The translations under genes and the position numbers were made by a program. Positions 36,901 through 50,100 of a stretch of 64,000 nt of DNA are shown here, piece after piece. The notes under the pieces were generated by a model. That model was given only the letters and a program-made list of their open reading frames with translations, had not been told where the DNA came from and did not search any database. Every line of letters begins with the position of its first letter. The stretch's first letter is position 1. This DNA comes from Antedon mediterranea. Its lineage: Eukaryota; Animalia; Echinodermata. The DNA lies in the NCBI RefSeq assembly GCF_964355755.1, contig NC_092676.1, positions 1,059,788 through 1,123,787 on the forward strand. Reading direction: 5' to 3'.

Positions 36901-39900
36901 CCTCTAGCCTAAGCCAACGCATACCAGGTTGTATAACCACTTTGTTTACTTCACATTCCTTCAACATGCATCTTATAATAGTACCAGTGAGATTACAATT
37001 TATCAAGTCAAACTCATTTATTTGTGGGGAAAATTTTAACAAACAGGCTAATTTGGATCCTTCCATTGACCTCAAGTCATGTCCACTTAAATCTAATTGT
37101 GTCCATGTCAACGTAGTGCCATGTTTATGACATGAATCTATCAGACTTTTTAGATTATCAACTGACAAGCTATGATCACTCCATTTGAAAGAACTGAAAT
37201 CCATTAGATTTACCAACTTGGAAAGTGAAACACCATCTATATCTGATAGATCGTCATTTCTATTTAGCCTAAGCATGCCAGGTTTTAATACCACATTGTT
37301 TACTTCACATTCCTCCAACAAGTCTCTTATAATAGTACATGAGAGACTACAATTAACCAATTTAAGTTCTTGTAATTCTGGTGAGAATTGAAATAACCAA
37401 GCTAATTTGGATCCTTTAATTGCCGCTAAATGAAGATCACCTAAATCTAAACGTTTCCATGTCAACGTACTACCATGTTGATGGCAGGCATCTGCAAGAC
37501 TTTCTAGATTATAAACTGACAAGCTATAATCGCTCCACCTGAAATCAGGAATCATTACATTTACCAGCTTGGAAAGTGAAACACCATCTATGTCTGATAG
37601 ATCATTTCCCTCTAGCCTAAGCCAACGCATACCAGGTTGTATAACCACTTTGTTTACTTCACATTCCTTCAACATGCATCTTATAATAGTACCAGTGAGA
37701 TTACAATTTATCAAGTCAAACTCATTTATTTGTGGGGAAAATTTTAACAAACAGGCTAATTTGGATCCTTCCATTGACCTCAAGTCATGTCCACTTAAAT
37801 CTAATTGTGTCCATGTCAACGTAGTGCCATGTTTATGACATGAATCTATCAGACTTTTTAGATTATCAACTGACAAGCTATGATCACTCCATTTGAAAGA
37901 ACTGAAATCCATTAGATTTACCAACTTGGAAAGTGAAACACCATCTATATCTGAAAGATCCGCATTTCTATGTAGCCTAAGCATGCCAGGTTTTAATACC
38001 ACATAGTTTACTTCACATTCCTCCAACAAGTCTCTTATAATAGTACCTGAGTGACTACAATTAACCAAGTCAAGTTCTTGTAATTCTGGTGAGAAATGGA
38101 ATAACCAAGCTAATTTGGATCCTTTAATTGCTGCTAAATGAAGATCACCTAAATCTAAACGTTTCCATGTCAACATACTACCATGTTCATGGCAGGCATC
38201 TGCAAGAATTTCTAGATTATAAACTGACAAGCTATAATCACTCCACCTGAAATCGGGAATCATTACATTTACGAACTTGGAAAGTGAAACACCATCTATG
38301 TCTGATAGATCATTTCCCTTTAGCCTAAGCCTACGCATACCAGGTTGTATAACCACTTTGTTTACTTCACATTCCTTCAACATGTCTCTTATAATAGTAC
38401 CGGAGAGATTACAATTAACCAAGTCAAGTTGACGTAATTTTGATGAGAATTGTAATAACCAAGCTAATTTGGATCCTTTAATTAGAGCTAAATTAAGACC
38501 ACATAAATCTAAACGTTTCCATTTCAACGTACTACCATGTTGATGGCAGGCATCTGCAAGACTTTCTAGATTATCAACTGACAAGCTATAATCACTCCAT
38601 TTGAAATACGTAATCATTACATTTACCAACTTGGAAAGTGAAACACCATCTATACCTGATAGATCATTTCCCTTTAGCTTAAGTATGCCACTTTTTAGTA
38701 TCACTTTGTTTAATTCACACTCCTCCAATAAGTCTCTTATAATAGTACCTGAAAGATTACAATTAACCAAGTCAAGTTTATGTAATTTTGGTGAGAATTG
38801 TAATAACCAAGCTAATTTGGATCCTTTAATTGCAGCTAAATAAAGATCACTTAAAGTTAAAAGTTTCCATGTCAACTTACGACCATGTTCATGGCAGGCA
38901 TCTGCGAGACTTTCTAGATTATTAACCGACAAGCCATATTTATCCCAAATGAAAGGTTCATAACTATAATCAGGGGAATAGTAACAAATTAGATTAACAC
39001 ACTTGGAAAGTGAAACACCATCTATATCTGAAAGATCATTTCCCTTTAGCTTAAACATGTCACGTTTTAATATCACTTTGTTTACTTCACATTCTTTCAA
39101 TAAGTCTCTTATAATAGTACCCGAGAGATTACAATTAACCAAGTCAAGTTGACGTAATTCTGGTGAGAATTGAATTAACCAAGCTAATTTGGATCCTTTA
39201 ATTGCAGCTAAATAAAGACCACATAAATCTAAATGTTCCCATGTCAACTTACAACCATGTTCATGGCAGGCATCTGCGAGACTTTCTAGATTATTAACCG
39301 ACAAGCTATAATGACTCCATTTGAAATACTTATTTAATACGTTTACTAACTTGGAAAGTGAAACACCATCAATATCTGAAAGATTATTTTCCTTTAGTCT
39401 AAGCATGTTAGGATTTAATACCACTTTGTTTACTTCACATTCTTCCAATAATTCTCTTATAATAGTACCAGAGATATGACAATCAACCATGCTAAGCCAA
39501 CATACATCTGGTGACAATTGTAATAACCAAGCTAATTTGGATCCTTTAATTGCAGCTAAATTTAGACCATATAAATCTAATCTGTTCCATCTCAACTTAT
39601 GACCATGTTCATGGCAAGCATCTGCGAGACTTTCTAGATTATCAACTGAAAAATTATAATCACTCCATTTGAAAGAATAATCGTAATCCACTAGAGGTAC
39701 CAATTTGGAAAGTGAAACACCATCTATTGCTGAAAGATCATTTCCCTCTAGTCTAAGCCTTGTGTATTTCAATAGAACCTTGCCTTTCTTATTGAATAAT
39801 TTATTAAATACTGCACCAGATAATTGACAATCACTCAATATTATGCAATGAGTTATGTTCATCAAAATTCTTAGTGAACCTACAGAAATATTACTTAGAT

Positions 39901-41979
39901 CATTATGACTGAGATCAATCTGTCTAAATTCTAAGGAGATATCATTTACTTGATCAATAACATGATTCAATACATCAATACTACCAGGTTTGAACTTCAG
40001 ATACAGTGGTTTGGAAGAAAATTTCAACAAATGAATCAAAAATTTACGATTTGTTGACTTCATAACATTAATCCGCTTTAAACTGTATTTAAATTGAAAA
40101 TTAACCATTACAGCTGAAAGGGTATCAAACTCTTCTAACATTGAATGCAATTTAAACAACCGGTCACTAACATCATAAACAGACGAACGTACGATATCAC
40201 AATCACTTAATTCATGTCTCGGATTGTGATAATCTATCAGATTGTCACTCATTAGTCCATGTATAATTATATAGATATGAACTAACATAGAACAAAATGT
40301 TTCTGTTGGTTTAGTGTCTTTTGTTTTTATGATCTTTAATAATGTATCTACAACACTCATTGGATCTTCCTTAACCCTTTCAAAACAAATGTTCATAAGC
40401 TGTACCAAATGTTTGTTTTCAAATTGTTGTTTTGCTTTTTGATTATCCAAATCATCATAATCAAGAACATTCTTAAACATCTCACAAACAGCATCAGTTG
40501 ATATGTTTGGTAACTCACGTATTACATGTATTTCATGTTCTGGTTTCACATAGCTGAAATATTTTGCTAGTGAATAGTAGTTTGCAGCTGTTTTCACCTT
40601 TAACCAATGTTTTATAATTTTACCAGCATCTTTACCTAGGAATTCCATAGTGAATATGATTGTCATGTGCAGATATGGATTTAACAGCATCTTTTTACAC
40701 TCTTCTTCATTCATCTCATTTGACAAACATGCATTAGCAAGGTAAAACCCTGCTAATGCCTCTGAAACTAGCTTGTGTGGTGGTGCAAACACTGCCTTTC
40801 TATCAGTTTTAATACTAGATGCTTTTTTGTAAACAAATCCAAGTTTCAGTGCTAATTCTACTGTATCCTTGTCAACCATACACTCAAACTCATTTTTGTA
40901 GATATAGAGATTGTTTTCAGTCAGGCCGTTAAACATACATTGACCTAGTGCAAGTATAGCCTTTTTATATGGAGCTCGAATTTCCCATATTTCTGCAATT
41001 TTATTTTCCTCAACCTTTGTATGTTGATTTAAAGTACAACAAATAAATTCTTTAAAAAAATCTGACATGGTAATTGAAAGTATTTCATCTGTCATTGGCA
41101 TAGAAGAAGTGGATTGGTCACACAAACTACAAATTATAAGTAATAACAATGGAGATGAACACAGTTCCTCTAAGTGTACTGTTTTGTTTTTAACCTGCCA
41201 TTGATATTTGTATGGTGGTTTAAGGTCTAATTTTGTAATCAACCTTTCTCCTAATTCAGGATTATTTTTAAAGTATTTCTCAATATAAAACTTCTTGCTT
41301 TCTTTACTAAATCCATTGACCTGAACATGCACATCACAGTTTTCAACAAATGTTGTAATGTTTAGAGGTCGAGATGTTATTAATGTGGTATTATTGTAAC
41401 CTGAACTAAACTTTAACAATTTCAGTCGATTTTTAGCACCTTTCTTCAACTCATCTAATCCATCTAATAGTAAAACTATTTCATCCCCATTTTCTATTAT
41501 GAACGCTTTAATTAATTCCATAGGATCTTCTTTGGATACACTTTTCAAATGATTAGCAAATCTTTCAAGGTCAATTTGATCAACAATACTATCTATGATG
41601 GTGTTTCCTAGCTCTATGTCTCTGATATTTATTAGAAACAATAGTTTGTCAGAAAATGTATCATCCTTACCCTTAGCCCAGTTATAAGCAATGTACCTGA
41701 GAAGGGTTGTCTTTCCCATCCCTCCTTTACCTGTAAGTAGAACTTTACATGACTTTTTAGATTTTATAATGCTCAATACTTCTTCCAAACATGTAGGTTT
41801 AGCATTTTGCTGCCTCGTTGCCTGGTCAACCTGTTTTTGTTTTGTAGATTGAAGTAATGTGAGATCTGTGAATACATCTGCAATATCTACTTTGTGTTCT
41901 TCATCAAAAACTGCTGTTCCCATCAGGTTCATATCTTTGTATAAGTCTCGTAGTTCTTCCTTCAAAAACATCTTGATAG
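33905..41979 (-). CDS. NLR1 terminal exon (8075 nt): NACHT plus 16 full and 1 partial four-LRR super-repeats
   Basis: Uninterrupted ORF (track 33905..42061); acceptor TTTTAACAG ending at 41980; repeat consensus LKGNDLSDIDGVSLSKLVN..FKWSDYSLSV.NLESLADACHEHG..LTW..LDL.GL.LAAIKGSKLAWLLQFSP.L..LDLVNCNLSGTIIRDLLKECEVNKV. Confidence 0.95.
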
Positions 41980-44346
41980 CTGTTAAAAAATTAATTGCAT
42001 TATATAAAAGATTCAATGAAAATTCAGTAAAAAAAGTAATCACATGTAAATTTAATAGCATATCTAATTTCCAATCATGTGACCGAGTTAGCGACTTTTT
42101 AAGGTGTGTTTATCCTGAATGTTTTATTTCTTGAACTATAGTTTTATAGAAACAACAGAATGTATCGATTATGTAACGGTAGAACATCTATAAGTGTACA
42201 ACAACAAAGATCAATACCATAAAATCATTATTTTGCACGCATCAAAAAAAATAAGAACATTTCAATGTGGTGGGTGTTTTACCATTAGTTTAAGGATGCC
42301 ATTGAATCAGGTTAAAAATTACCTTTATCTGCTGGTGATAGCTTACTTTCTTTAGAGTTAGAAGAGGAAAGCTTCATTACTGTTTCACCTAATGAAAAAA
42401 TCAACAAAATAACTACTTTGCGAAACCACCTAATTACTGAAAAAAAAAACCAACAATCATGTTGGTAAAAGTAGTTTGAACTCAATACAAAATAATTCAT
42501 GCAGAACTAATTCAAAACATTAATTAAACTTTGAATAATTAAATATGAAATCAATAAACAACTCTAAGGGAACATTACTATAATTTGTCTGACATAGTGC
42601 TTTGGAGAGAGTGTTCTTTTTCTTTTCATATTCATATTCATTCATATACACATTTATTCAGTTATTTATGGCAACAACTGTGGCTCGCACTAGAAGCAAT
42701 AGCTTGTCTCATGAGGGCCATATACAATACAAATATGCAAATACATAAAAAGAAAAAAAATGTATAAAACAATAAACAATAATATAAGTCAAAAACGAAA
42801 AAATATTGAGCATAACAAAAGTAACATTTTACATATTTTTTTAAGTAATTAAAGATACAGAAAGTTTTATTTTAACAGGGAGATCATTTCATAATTTAGG
42901 TCAAATTTTGGACAAATGGAAGTAAAACAACTTTTAATACAGTATCAGAATACTGTTTTATGGATTTCATAGGCTAATATACCTATACTGTATTATAGTA
43001 CTATACAGTACATTACCTTCCTGTAGAATGGAAACAGCCTGTCTGAGTTCTAGTCGTTCCAATATTTCAATAAATCCTTCCATTGTTTTTGTCGTGATCA
43101 CCTGTTCATGCTCTAGATCTCTTATCATAGCCCAGCTATCTTCATATTTCTTCAGAGGTGTGTTGTAGATTGCATCAATGTTTGATACATCACATGGCAT
43201 CAGACAGTAACCAAATTGGATTAATTTCTGCCTGTGGATTGTGAACCTAGTAATTGGGGCTTGTTTGTCAATGACAGGAAATGATGGTATCTTTTCTTTA
43301 AGCTTACGCTGGAGAGAAAATTCTTCAGTTAACTTGATGACATCATGAAGAAGAGTAAGATCTTGATAATTTAATTCATCAGCTGATTCCAGTACATTTA
43401 ACAGATCTATCATCTCAGTGATTCCTGATAGTTTATACTCTTTCACAAGATCTCTGAACAATACTTTCAACATACCAAGTTGGTTGCGAGCATCAAAATA
43501 CTTGGATATAAATATTTTCAGAAAGTTAAAATCTTTCTCTGGTATTCCTAAAAATAGTTAAAATATATGTAATAAAATATAAATATACAGTGTTAAGATG
43601 ATGCGTGTATTCTTTCTTATTGACTTATGATGTAATGGTAGCAATTTACAGTATTTAAACTTTATATTCTGGAAACTCGCTCCATAATTTCTAGCTTTTT
43701 TTCTTGTTTGTATCTTTACTGATAGCTTTAATTTTATATTAATTATATGTGTATAATAATATATATAATACATGTCATCACAAACTGTATACAGATCAAG
43801 ACAGATCTATAATAACTCTATTCCCACCAAAAATTAATCTTTTTGTCAACTAACATGTCCATTCTATAGTGACCATCAGTTCTATACAAATGGAAGATGA
43901 ATTCTAGAGTTGATATAATTATCTCATAGTTTTCTATTGGAACAGTGAAAGGTGTATTAGTTACCATGGTGATAAAAAACAATGAATTTAGAGTAGTTTC
44001 ACCGTGCCAAAAGGTTGGATGCACACTTTTATTTAGTTACATGATGCAACTTCAATCAAGAAAGGAATTTTTCCAATGTATCATGGGAATTCTACTGTGA
44101 AATTCTATTAGAGTACACTAGCTTTATGCAATGGTGAAAGAAAGATAACTGAACTAAATACTTGGCCATTTTATTATTACAGATACTTGGTAAAATATTT
44201 TTGTCAGCAGACTAATATTAAAACCTAATTCTACAATAACAATCACATGTAAATCTATCTCTAACTATTTGGTGAGATAGAAACCACAGTTTATTCAAAA
44301 GATGTGTGAATTACCATGGTTACTTACCTTTAGTGGATGCCGCCAT
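33905..44346 (-). CDS. NLR innate immune receptor 1: tandem DED-like domains - NACHT - very long LRR array, about 2896 aa
   Basis: Exons 44328-44346 (MAASTK), 43017-43547, 42323-42388 and 33905-41979, all joined by phase-1 GT/AG introns and in frame. NACHT Walker A GKGGMGKTT, Walker B LLLDGLDE, sensor LITSRP, CSSPLLL, winged-helix HKLVSEALAGFYL. Confidence 0.9.
42323..42388 (-). CDS. NLR1 linker exon
   Basis: GETVMKLSSSNSKESKLSPADK, 66 nt, phase 1-1. Confidence 0.7.
43017..43547 (-). CDS. NLR1 N-terminal exon with two DED-like (death-fold) domains
   Basis: GIPEKDFNFLKIFISKYF...MLKVLFRDLV...IDLLNVLESADELNYQDLTLLHDVIKLTEEFSLQRKL...HRQKLIQFGYCL...WAMIRDLEHEQVIT...FIEILERLELRQAVSIL: two helical repeats with the DED pattern L..LE....I....L..L.E.L; 531 nt, phase 1-1. 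Confidence 0.8.
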
Positions 44347-45493
44347 GTTGTTGAACTAGAACTTTAGATTTATTAAAGTATGTTTTTTCCAAATGTGTTC
44401 TGTAAACCATAGAGAAAAAGAAATAAGTAATCAAAAAAATAAAATTAATAATTATCTACACACAAGTCTTTATTAGGGAGGATGGTCGGCCTCATTTACG
44501 ATGGCAAAAAAAATATGATATGCCTGTCACGACAAAAATGGTCCAGGGTCAAAAAATCGGTCCGGCCGGACCAGTTTTGGCTCTAAATTTCTAAACTAAA
44601 AGCAGTCCGCGAACTGCAAAAATTGGTTTTATCAATTTTAATTAAATTACTAGGCCTACGATATGTGTTTATCGCTAGAAAAATATCCCATGATAAATAT
44701 GTAAGTTATCTTGTCGGATAAATACCATAAATAAAATATGTATTTTTATTTAGGTGTTCTGTCAGATTACAGCCTGCCACACACTCACATGAACGGGTAT
44801 GGGACGCGATATTGCCAGCTAGATTTTATTTTATGATTGAGGCCTTTTTTCTTCCTCGGCCTAATCAATATAAATATTGGTATAATTGTTATATTATAAT
44901 TTGTATTGAATTGATTTATTGATTAATTAACCATAAATCAGTAATATATTAAATTGTTTTTAACATAATGGGGAAACGAAGAATCAATTAAAAACGGACA
45001 GATTATACACAAAAAGCCTAACAATTAGTATTATTGTTGCTACTATATAATGATTAAAAAAAACAGGCCTAATTTATAATATTAAAATAACAAATGAAAC
45101 CACATAGTTTTCTATATAATGGCTGATCATGGTCTTTTTTTTAATGATATATATACATTATTACTAATTTTGCGCACCATATATTTGTAAGACCAAAAAC
45201 AGTCTTACTGCCCAGACTGATTTTATCCAGGCTGGACAAATTTTGACAGTCAAAATTGGTCTGGCTGGACAGGTTTTTGCAGCCATAAATGGTGCGCCGA
45301 TTTTGGTGTGCCCATATATGGACACAATGACATAAAATTACTACCACATTTGGGCACTTCACACTTTGTCAAAATAGTTTGTTAATGTAGTCTATTCAAA
45401 CTTTCGAAATTATATAGCATGAAAAAATTTAAATAATAATAGGAATCCCTGTAGGCCTATACTACCATATTAAAAATCTTCAATTAGTTTTTA

Positions 45494-46818
45494 CGTTATG
45501 GCTAAAGATACGGTACCGGCTTAAAACTAAGGTACGGTAATTAGAGAGGGCGGTATGTAAGGAAGATGTTAATCAAATAGGTTATTGTAATGATGGTCTT
45601 CAGCAAGCCAGCTGTAATGCGCTTGTGATGAGGCTCTTGTATGGAATGCCTCCTCTGCCTTCAGTTCACATTTATCATGCAGTACACACCAATCTTCATG
45701 CAGTACACACCAATGGTCATGCAGTACACACCAATGGTCATGCAGTACACACCAATCGTCATGCAGTACACACCAATCGTCATGCAGTACACACCAAACA
45801 TCATGCAGTACACACCAATCGTCATGCAGTACACACCAATCGTCATGCAGTACACACCAATCGTCATGCAGTACACACCAATGGTCATGCAGTACACACC
45901 AATTGTCATGCAGTACACACCAATCGTCGTTCACATTTATCATGCAGTACACACCAATCGTCATGCAGTACACACCAATCGTCATGCAGTACACACCAAA
46001 CATCATGCAGTACACACCAATTGTCATGCAGTACACACCAATCGTCATGCAGTACACACCAATCGTCATGCAGTCAAATATTGCGTAATTTATACCGCCA
46101 CCTATCGACAAAATCGAATATCACGTGAGGTTTATTAGACGGCTGTAAAACTAAGACTATTTAAACTTCTTTTATAGAATTCAATAATTGCAATGGCCTC
46201 CTAGCCGCGCCTGTGTCTCGCATAATAAATTATTGTATATATAAAAAACAGAGCATTCACAGAGATGTGTAGCGGTTAAAATAAGTACAGTATGTCAAAC
46301 ATAAAAGAAATCTTAGAGTCGATGGCCTAGTTTTACAGCCGTCTAATAAACGTCACGTGATATTCAATTTTTATAAACCATTTTTTATAATTGAGGCGTG
46401 CCATACATTAACAATATTGACGATTGTGGCGGCCGAAATGAACAATACATATTTTGTCCTTTTTGGCGTTTCATGATTTTAGGCGTTCCATAACCGGCGG
46501 CCGAAATGACTGGCGGCCGATATGCATTGTGACCCGATGACATCTTTTTAGATTATTTAGAGTTTAGGTTTTTAATATTTAGGAACAAGTTTTAATATTT
46601 AGGAACGAGTTTTAGATTTAGGAATGAGTTTTATATTTCGAAACGAGTTTTATATTTCGAAACGAGTTTTATATTTCGAAACGATTTTTATATATTAGGA
46701 ACAAGTTTTATATTTATAGGAAAGAGTTTTCTATTTAGGTACGAATTTTAGGAATGCAATTTATAATTCCGTACCTTTAGTTTTTAGAAGTATGGATACG
46801 GTATCTTTAGCCACGGCG
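45494..46818. mobile_element. non-autonomous Mutator-like element upstream of the NLR1 ATG exon
   Basis: TIRs CGTTATGGCTAAAGATAC / GTATCTTTAGCCACGGCG; exact 9-bp TSD TAGTTTTTA at 45485-45493 and 46819-46827. Confidence 0.75.
45665..46073. repeat. 21-bp minisatellite, about 18 copies
   Basis: Unit TCATGCAGTACACACCAATCG inside the Mutator-like element. Confidence 0.95.
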
Positions 46819-47139
46819 TAGTTTTTAATACTTTTTACTTACAATTCACCAATGTACCTTGTAGCATTAAGGTTACCATTTAAATGCAAAGGAGGCTCAG
46901 GTATCTTGATGTACAGCATATACATGTTACAGAGCACCTGCACAAATTCACTCACAGGCCTCCTAAACGCCTTTAAAACTGGTTTTAAAAATAAACTCTT
47001 GATCTGGCAATACGCACTACTCGCAATACGACAGTAAGAAGATGTTACACTTGCTAACTCCTGCTACTTGGATTAAATTCTATTGAAAGAAACGTGTATA
47101 TATAGATGTATATAAAACGTAAAATTAAGGTTTGCTTTC

Positions 47140-50100
47140 TAATTGGTTATCCGCAACGAAGTTGCAGGATAACCTCTTGTGATTGTACGAAATCATCATC
47201 ATCATCTTTTTCTTAATTGGTTATCCGCAACGAAGTTGCAGGATAACCTCTTGTGATTGTACGAAATCAACCTGTATGATTTTTGTGTAACGCTTTTCTC
47301 TAAAACTCGCAAACATAACATTTCGGTAACTATCTTAACATATTGACATTTACGTAACGTCGTCAAGCGAAGCTTTTCATGACGTTTACAATTGCGCAAC
47401 GTGACTTACGCGCGATTTAACGATTTTGTCGTATTTAACATAGCTCGACAACCAAATAACATTTCAACTTGAAACTTTGCAAAAGTTTAATTTATATCAT
47501 GCGCTAACTTTCTGTTGAAAAAAAATTGCGTGTTTTACACAAAGTTACGCGCGCACGCGCATTTAAAATTTCAAAATGCGCAAAATTAATTTATAATCAA
47601 CTTTCTACGCGTTTCATGTCGTTTTAAGCATGTCAAAAATTCCCACGCGTGCGCACATTTTTACGTGTGCGGTGCGCACGTAGTATTGAAAACGTACTTT
47701 TTTCACGTGATTTATATTTTTCCAGCCTTTTCTAGTAATTTTACCAAATTTTAAACAATTTCGACTTAAAGATACGTCATACGAGCACGTCGAATTGGAC
47801 AATTTGCGCGCGTTTTTTATGAAAAGGTTAAAAAATTCGTTTAAAATATGCCTTTTTTAAAACAGTCGTAATTTCTAAACTAGACGGTCAACTTTTTGTG
47901 GATGGCATATTCTGGAAGTAGATGAGTTGTAGATATCGGATCAGGTATTAATATGGCTAACCGGACATTGTGACGTCATCGTATGGCCACGCGAATATAA
48001 AATTTAGGATTTTTGTATCTTTCGTCATAGCTCATCACATTGAATAGAGCGCATCTCCACTTATCCGTTTTCCATTTTCACCCCGATTTTGATTTTGTCT
48101 AGGTCAATCAAGTATCTTTCGCATGAGTTAAAAATATTTTAATTTTTTTGACGTCATCATGCCTAAAAATTTTAATCACGTGTGGCATCAATTTCATCTT
48201 TACAGTAAATTTTAATCTGTTATAGCTCGTAAGAATAAAACTTGATAATCACGATTAAAACTTTTTCTGGAAGCTATTGGATTGTAGATACGAAATTATG
48301 TAAAAATGTTGCCAATCGGATGTTGTGACGTCATCATATGGCCAGTTAAATAAAAAAGGTCGTATTTTTAGTTATCCGCTTAGTAGCGGATAACTCCTTG
48401 TAATCGTCCTGTTTCATCATATTTTTTTTTCTTTTCTGTATTATTAGTTATCCGCTTAGTAGCGGATAACTCCTTGTAATCGTCCTGGATCTTTTTTTTT
48501 TTTTTCTTTATATTATTCTTCTTTCTTTCTCCTCCATTTTTGTGTCTCGCGTATCTCAAAAACTTGTACACATAACATTTCATAACTTTGTCATCATATG
48601 GACATTTACGTGAAGTTGTGCACCTCCTATTTTTTAATGACGTCAGAGTTGCGCAACGTGACTTACGCGCGATTTTATGAATTTCATTGATTGATCATAG
48701 GATAAAAAATAAAAGTCATTTTGTATTGACACTTGGTGAATATTTAAGTCATATCAAGGGCAAACTTTCTATGGATTAAAAATGGCATGTTTTACAAGAA
48801 GTTACGTGCACACGCGCATTTCTCCTCCATTTTTGTGTCTCGCGTATCTCAAAAACGTGTAAATATAACATTTCATAACTTTGTCAACATATGGGCATTC
48901 ACGTGAAGTTGTGCACCTCCTATTGTGAATGACCTCAGAAATGCGCAACGTGACTTACGCGCGATTTTATGAATTTCGCGTATTTAACATAGATTGAAAA
49001 CCATATAACAATTTAAATTGAAACTTAGCAAAAGTTTAATTTATATCTTGCGCTAACTTTTTGTGTACTAAAAATGGCATGTTTTACACGAAGTTACGCG
49101 CGCACGCGCATTTAAAATTTAAAATGCGCAAAATTAATTTCTAATCAACTTTCTACGCTGATCATGACATTTTGAGCATGTCAAAAATTCCCACGCGCGC
49201 GAACAATCTTACGCGCGTGGTCCGCATGTAGCGCTAAAAACATCTTTTTTGCGTGAATTATGTTTTTTCAGCCTTTTATAGTAATTTTATCAACTTTTAA
49301 AACAATTTAGACTTAAAATTACGTCATACGAGCACGTCGAATTGTACAATTTGTGCGTGTTTTTAATGAAAAAATTAAAAAATTCGTCAAAATTATGCCT
49401 TTTTTTAAACAATCATAGATTCTAAACTACGAGGTAAACTTTTTTTTACTTACATATTCTGGAAGGTGATGAGTTGTAGATATCGGATCATTAATCAATA
49501 TGGTTAACCGGACATTGTGACCTCATCGTATGGCCACACGAATGTAAAATATATGATTTTTGTCTCTTTCGTTATTGCTCCTCACATTAAATGGAGCGCA
49601 TCACCGTTATCTGTATTCCTTTTTCTCCGAGATTTTAATATTGTCTAGGTCAATCAACTATCTTATGCATGTGTTAAAAATATTTAATTTTTATGACATC
49701 ATCATGCCTAAAAATTTAAATTAGGTGTATACAGATTATACTGTGTACTTTAAAATGTATATACTATGACACAAAATAGACAGAATTTAGCACTAACAAC
49801 ATATCATATTCTTCAGTTCAGGTCATAATGCCATAATCTTTTTCTGTGTGCAACATTCCAACGTATGACGTGCACGTGGCGTTTGTCGAGCGGATAACTA
49901 ACTCGTCAAAGTGACGAGTTTCATGTCTAGTTCTTCTTTCCTTCTGTCATTTTTGTGCGTCGCGTTTCGTTAAAACGTGTAAACAGAACATATCGTAACT
50001 TTGTCAACATATCGACATTTACGTGAACTTGTGCACCTCCTATTTTTGAATGATGTCAGAGTTGCGCAACGTGACTTACGCGCGATTTTATGAATTTCAA

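Noticed and set aside
34041-38843. Many similar plus-strand ORFs (also 62697-63662)
   Set aside because: Antisense shadows of the LRR repeat frame; they recur with the repeat period.
41980-42061. ORF-track start of the 2718-aa protein at 42061
   Set aside because: This part is intronic; an acceptor at 41980 links in frame to the upstream exons.
45569-46138. Overlapping repetitive ORFs (HAVHTNR, MQYTPIV, CMTIGVY)
   Set aside because: Translations of a stop-free 21-bp minisatellite inside a transposon.
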